IMG/VR virus record: IMGVR_UViG_3300036406_000522
Coordinates: 3,866 to 67,865 of that record
Length of the DNA stretch: 64,000 nt
From: a virus
Direction: 5' to 3' (one strand)
Of the stretch, positions 60,738 through 64,000 are shown in pieces (position 1 is the stretch's first letter; every line of letters starts with the position of its first letter). The notes under the pieces are model-generated. The model did not search any database. It had not been told where the DNA came from and worked only from the letters and a program-made list of their open reading frames with translations. The translations under genes and the position numbers were made by a program.

Positions 60738-61940
60738 TCATCCTAAAACAAGTCAAACACTATCCAGACACCAACAGCGTCGAAGCTACTTGGGTGGATA
60801 GAACCATCGCTCCTGATACAGAGGTAGCGGAGGAACTGCTGCCGGATACCACAGACGTTGAAGGCAATATCACTCTCGGCAAAGTCATTCCAGCGCACAT
60901 AGTCCCCGGCACGGTTACAGAAGTACAAGTCAAGTGCCACAGCTACGCCGACGTGCAGATGGACATGCTAAGGGCAGACCTCGGCGCAGATGCGGCGGAG
61001 TATGCCGACCTGATCGCGCAAGTCGAAGCGAATCAGATTCCGTATCCTGAGCCGACACCGGAACAGATCGCAGCAGAGGCAAAAGCCAAGCTCCGCGAAA
61101 TCGACCTTGCCAGTATCCGGGCGATTCGTGAAGGTGACACGGTAAGAATGGCTGAGTGGGAACAGAAGGCTGCGCTTATACGGGCGGCGCTGTGAAAGTC
61201 CATCAACTCACCACCTGCGACGAAGGCATCACGAACCCGAAGCGCAGCACCTTCGGCGTGACCATCGCTCTCCGTTGAGGCGATGTGTGTCATCCCTGCG
61301 GTGATGGAGATTGTGACAGGCATCCCGACTGTGACAGCTGGTGATTTCTTCATCGAATACATCGATATTCATTATCAATCGAGTAATATAGGCACGAAGA
61401 ATAAGGCCTCTAACTTCTACGCATAAGGATAATCAAATGCAACAAACGAAATGGACGATCGAACAGCTCATTCGCGAGAAGAGCAGTGGTGTAGTTAAGA
61501 AGGCAGAATGGTTGTGTGTAGCAGAGGATATCACAGAGGACGGCTCAGTAATGGCGAACACAGGTTGTATCGGCACAGTGTCTCTCCCCGAGACCGATCC
61601 GAATGCAGAAGGCTTCGTGTCGTTCGATGCGCTTACTGAAGACATGGTTGTGGTCTGGGTCAAGGAATGTTTGACGCCAGAAGTAGTTGAACAATATGAA
61701 CAGCAGCTCTTATCCGAGCTGAATCTCAAACTTAATCCAGTCGAAGCTACTGGTACTCCTTGGTAATTCAAAATGAGCGAAAACATCAAAGTGGAACTCG
61801 ACATTAACGAGTTCAATTTCATTCAACAAGTACTCGGCGAGCTTCCGTCTAAGACGGGTGCGTTCATGCTGATGACGAAACTCAAAGCGCAGGCAGATTC
61901 ACAAGGCGTTCCACCGCCGCCTGCTGACGCACCTACGTAA
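60734..61940 (+). CDS. fibre-associated small proteins (60734-61195; 61437-61766; 61773-61940)
   Basis: Position after fibres; acidic, chaperone-like. Confidence 0.6.
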
Positions 61941-62034
61941 CATTCACGTCGGAGCACTTGACTGTAACAGGTCGGTGCCCCGACTGTTGGATGTGCGTGG
62001 TCCAGATGTAATCACACCACGATGGGAAATACTG

Positions 62035-62973
62035 ATGGAGAAAGATCTTGAAGAGGAGGTTAGAGTGTACTCCACAGAAGAAATCGACCTCTTTCTGAAC
62101 GGTGATCGAAGGGACGTCGATACGCTTATTTTACACTCCGTCAATAACATTGCAAAGGTCTTGATACCTCATCTCCGGAACGAAGATAGAATTTTTCAAG
62201 AGATAGGGCCAATTGAAATGATAAGAACTCGGTCCGCTTGGATAGACGCAGAGATTGCTAAGAAAGAGGCTACAACATTGTTCTATTCTAACTTGAAACA
62301 AGAGGTCGGAAAAGAACTAGGGAAGAAGGGTGCTATTGGCTTGATACTGATACTTGCCACGCTCATTGTCTTTTGGTGGAATGGCCATGTACCTGATTCT
62401 ATGGAATTACCATTACCGTTAGGAAAATAAATGTTACCGATATTGGCACCTATAGTGTCAGCACTATTCTCCCAGGGTCTGACGATCCTGGGAAATGCTG
62501 TGTTGGCGAAAGGGCAAGACGTAATTGAAGAGAAGCTTGGTGTTAAGCTGTCTGAGAAAGACATCACAGACAATGCACTGAAGTATAAGCAGCTTGAGAT
62601 GGAACACGAACAGTTCCTCGTATTGGCTGCGCAGGATAAGATCAAATTCGAACTGGAGGCTGACAAGCTGGATGTCGCCAACACTGATGGCGCACGTGTA
62701 GCTAATACTAGCATTCAGCAGACAGAGAACACCACTGTGTTCGTCAAAGAAGCTGCGTACTATATTGACTTCATGCTTGTAGGCGCGACGATTCTAATGG
62801 CATTCGCATTGTTCGTTATGCGTATACCGGTTGAGAACAAGGAGATCGCCTATATGGTCTTCGGTTCATTGGTCACCATGAGTGGCACTATCCTTAACTT
62901 CCATCGTGGCTCTTCTGCTCGTTCTGCGACTAAGGACAACACGATAAGTGCGCTATCGAAGGCCGCTAAATGA
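62035..62973 (+). CDS. two membrane proteins of the lysis cassette (62035-62430; 62431-62973 holin-like)
   Basis: Hydrophobic segments; NF..GSS..S..KD C-terminus; directly upstream of endolysin. Confidence 0.6.
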
Positions 62974-63323
62974 AACTTGGACAGCATCAAGAAGCGTTCA
63001 TGCGTGATCTCACCTTGTTGTACACAGAGGCGTATCGCCAAGGCTATGAAATCCGAGGAGGCGAATTGTGGCGTCCTACGGATATGCAGAAGATATACTT
63101 CGATACTGGCAAGTCAAAGACCATGGATTCTGAGCACCTGAATAAGTGCGCTCAGGATTTGCACTTTATCAAGGACGGACAGATTTGCTATCCTGCGTCA
63201 TTAGGTAAATTCTGGGAAGGACTTAATGAGCGTAATCGTTGGGGAGGATCGTGGCGAGGTAAGATAGAGGCTGGTCTGTCGACGTTTAAAGACATGCCGC
63301 ACTTTGAGCGAGTGACTAAGTGA
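62970..63323 (+). CDS. endolysin, M15-family Zn peptidase
   Basis: R...Q, SKTMDSEH....AQD, WGGSW, DMPHFE. Confidence 0.88.
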   Translation: MKLGQHQEAFMRDLTLLYTEAYRQGYEIRGGELWRPTDMQKIYFDTGKSKTMDSEHLNKCAQDLHFIKDGQICYPASLGKFWEGLNERNRWGGSWRGKIEAGLSTFKDMPHFERVTK

Positions 63324-63502
63324 AGCAATCTCTAGGTGACAAGACGTTGCTATCACAAGCGAGGGGAGGTGATCGTGAGTCTGCGGCGATCCTACTGAAT
63401 CGTTTTGGTTTGGATACTGCCGATATAGCTGCTGTAATTCTGAAATGGAAAAAGTTACCCTATCTGACGACTAAGACCGCGAAACGTCTCGCGAGCCAAT
63501 GA
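63320..63502 (+). CDS. hypothetical protein
   Basis: GTGA-coupled 60-aa ORF. Confidence 0.5.
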   Translation: MKQSLGDKTLLSQARGGDRESAAILLNRFGLDTADIAAVILKWKKLPYLTTKTAKRLASQ

Positions 63503-63508
63503 TTCGAC

Positions 63509-63542
63509 AGCCTCAGGGATAGTACATCCTTGGGGCTTTTTT
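63509..63542 (+). terminator. intrinsic terminator ending the late region
   Basis: AGCCTCAGGGAT-AGTAC-ATCCTTGGGGCT followed by T tract. Confidence 0.85.
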
Positions 63543-63552
63543 GTGCAAAATA

Positions 63553-63587
63553 ACTGCGCAAAATGAGGTATCTTATATGGTACGACA
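63553..63587 (+). promoter_or_regulatory. motif A copy 2
   Basis: ACTGCG-N8-GGTATCTTATATGGTACGACA right after a terminator and before an RBS. Confidence 0.65.
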
Positions 63588-63602
63588 ACTAAAGGATCAA
63601 TT

Positions 63603-64000
63603 ATGTTAGCAATGTTTAATTTCGTTATGATCTTCGCGTTGATGCTATTTATTCTGCCGTTCGCGAAGGTTACACACGTCGCCCCTACGACATACACTGA
63701 AGCACCTGTAGCAAAACAAGTCGAAAAAGCCGCACCTAAGGTCAGCGACAAAGAGCTTCGCTGTTTGGCCGAGAACGTCTACCACGAAGCCCGTGGAGAG
63801 GGCCACCAAGGTATGATGGCAGTCGCAAAGGTTACATTGAATCGAGTAGCAACGGTGGGCTTCCCGGACACAATCTGTGGAGTAGTTCATCAGGCATCAC
63901 AGTTCTCATGGACGTTGTCACCAACAACCATCCGTGATCGTACGGCTTTTGAACATGCTTTAGGTATCGCTCGTACAGCGTTACATATCGAGGAAGACAT
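63603..64000 (+). CDS. SleB-like cell wall hydrolase (Hydrolase_2), truncated by the window edge
   Basis: Hydrophobic N-terminus; CLAENVYHEARGE..GMMAVA.V.LNRV...FPDTICGVVHQ..QFSW. Confidence 0.9.
   Translation, partial: MLAMFNFVMIFALMLFILPFAKVTHVAPTTYTEAPVAKQVEKAAPKVSDKELRCLAENVYHEARGEGHQGMMAVAKVTLNRVATVGFPDTICGVVHQASQFSWTLSPTTIRDRTAFEHALGIARTALHIEED

Overview
A 64-kb segment of a lytic dsDNA tailed phage (siphovirus-type), with essentially all genes on the + strand. 1-21.2 kb is a replication/metabolism and accessory region: 5'-3' exonuclease, T7-type primase-helicase, class II ribonucleotide reductase, ATP-dependent ligase, nucleotidyltransferase, DHH and HAD phosphoesterases, homing endonucleases, three tRNAs and many small ORFs. 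21.7-61.9 kb is morphogenesis (terminase, portal, head, tail, tape measure, fibres), followed by lysis genes and a truncated SleB-like hydrolase. Main result: the head-morphogenesis (MuF/SPP1 gp7) gene between portal and scaffold is fused to a complete T7-family single-subunit RNA polymerase, suggesting a virion-packaged, co-ejected RNAP; two repeated promoter-like motifs are candidate targets. Also seen: a diverged ~200-bp GC-rich element in two inverted copies 49 kb apart, two tRNAs with compensatory changes of the near-invariant G19:C56 pair, several structured intergenic RNAs, a LapG/BTLCP-like protease behind two small lipoproteins, and repeat-bounded enzyme modules in the tape measure. 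All alignments and folds were done by eye; no database searches were run, so novelty is unverified.
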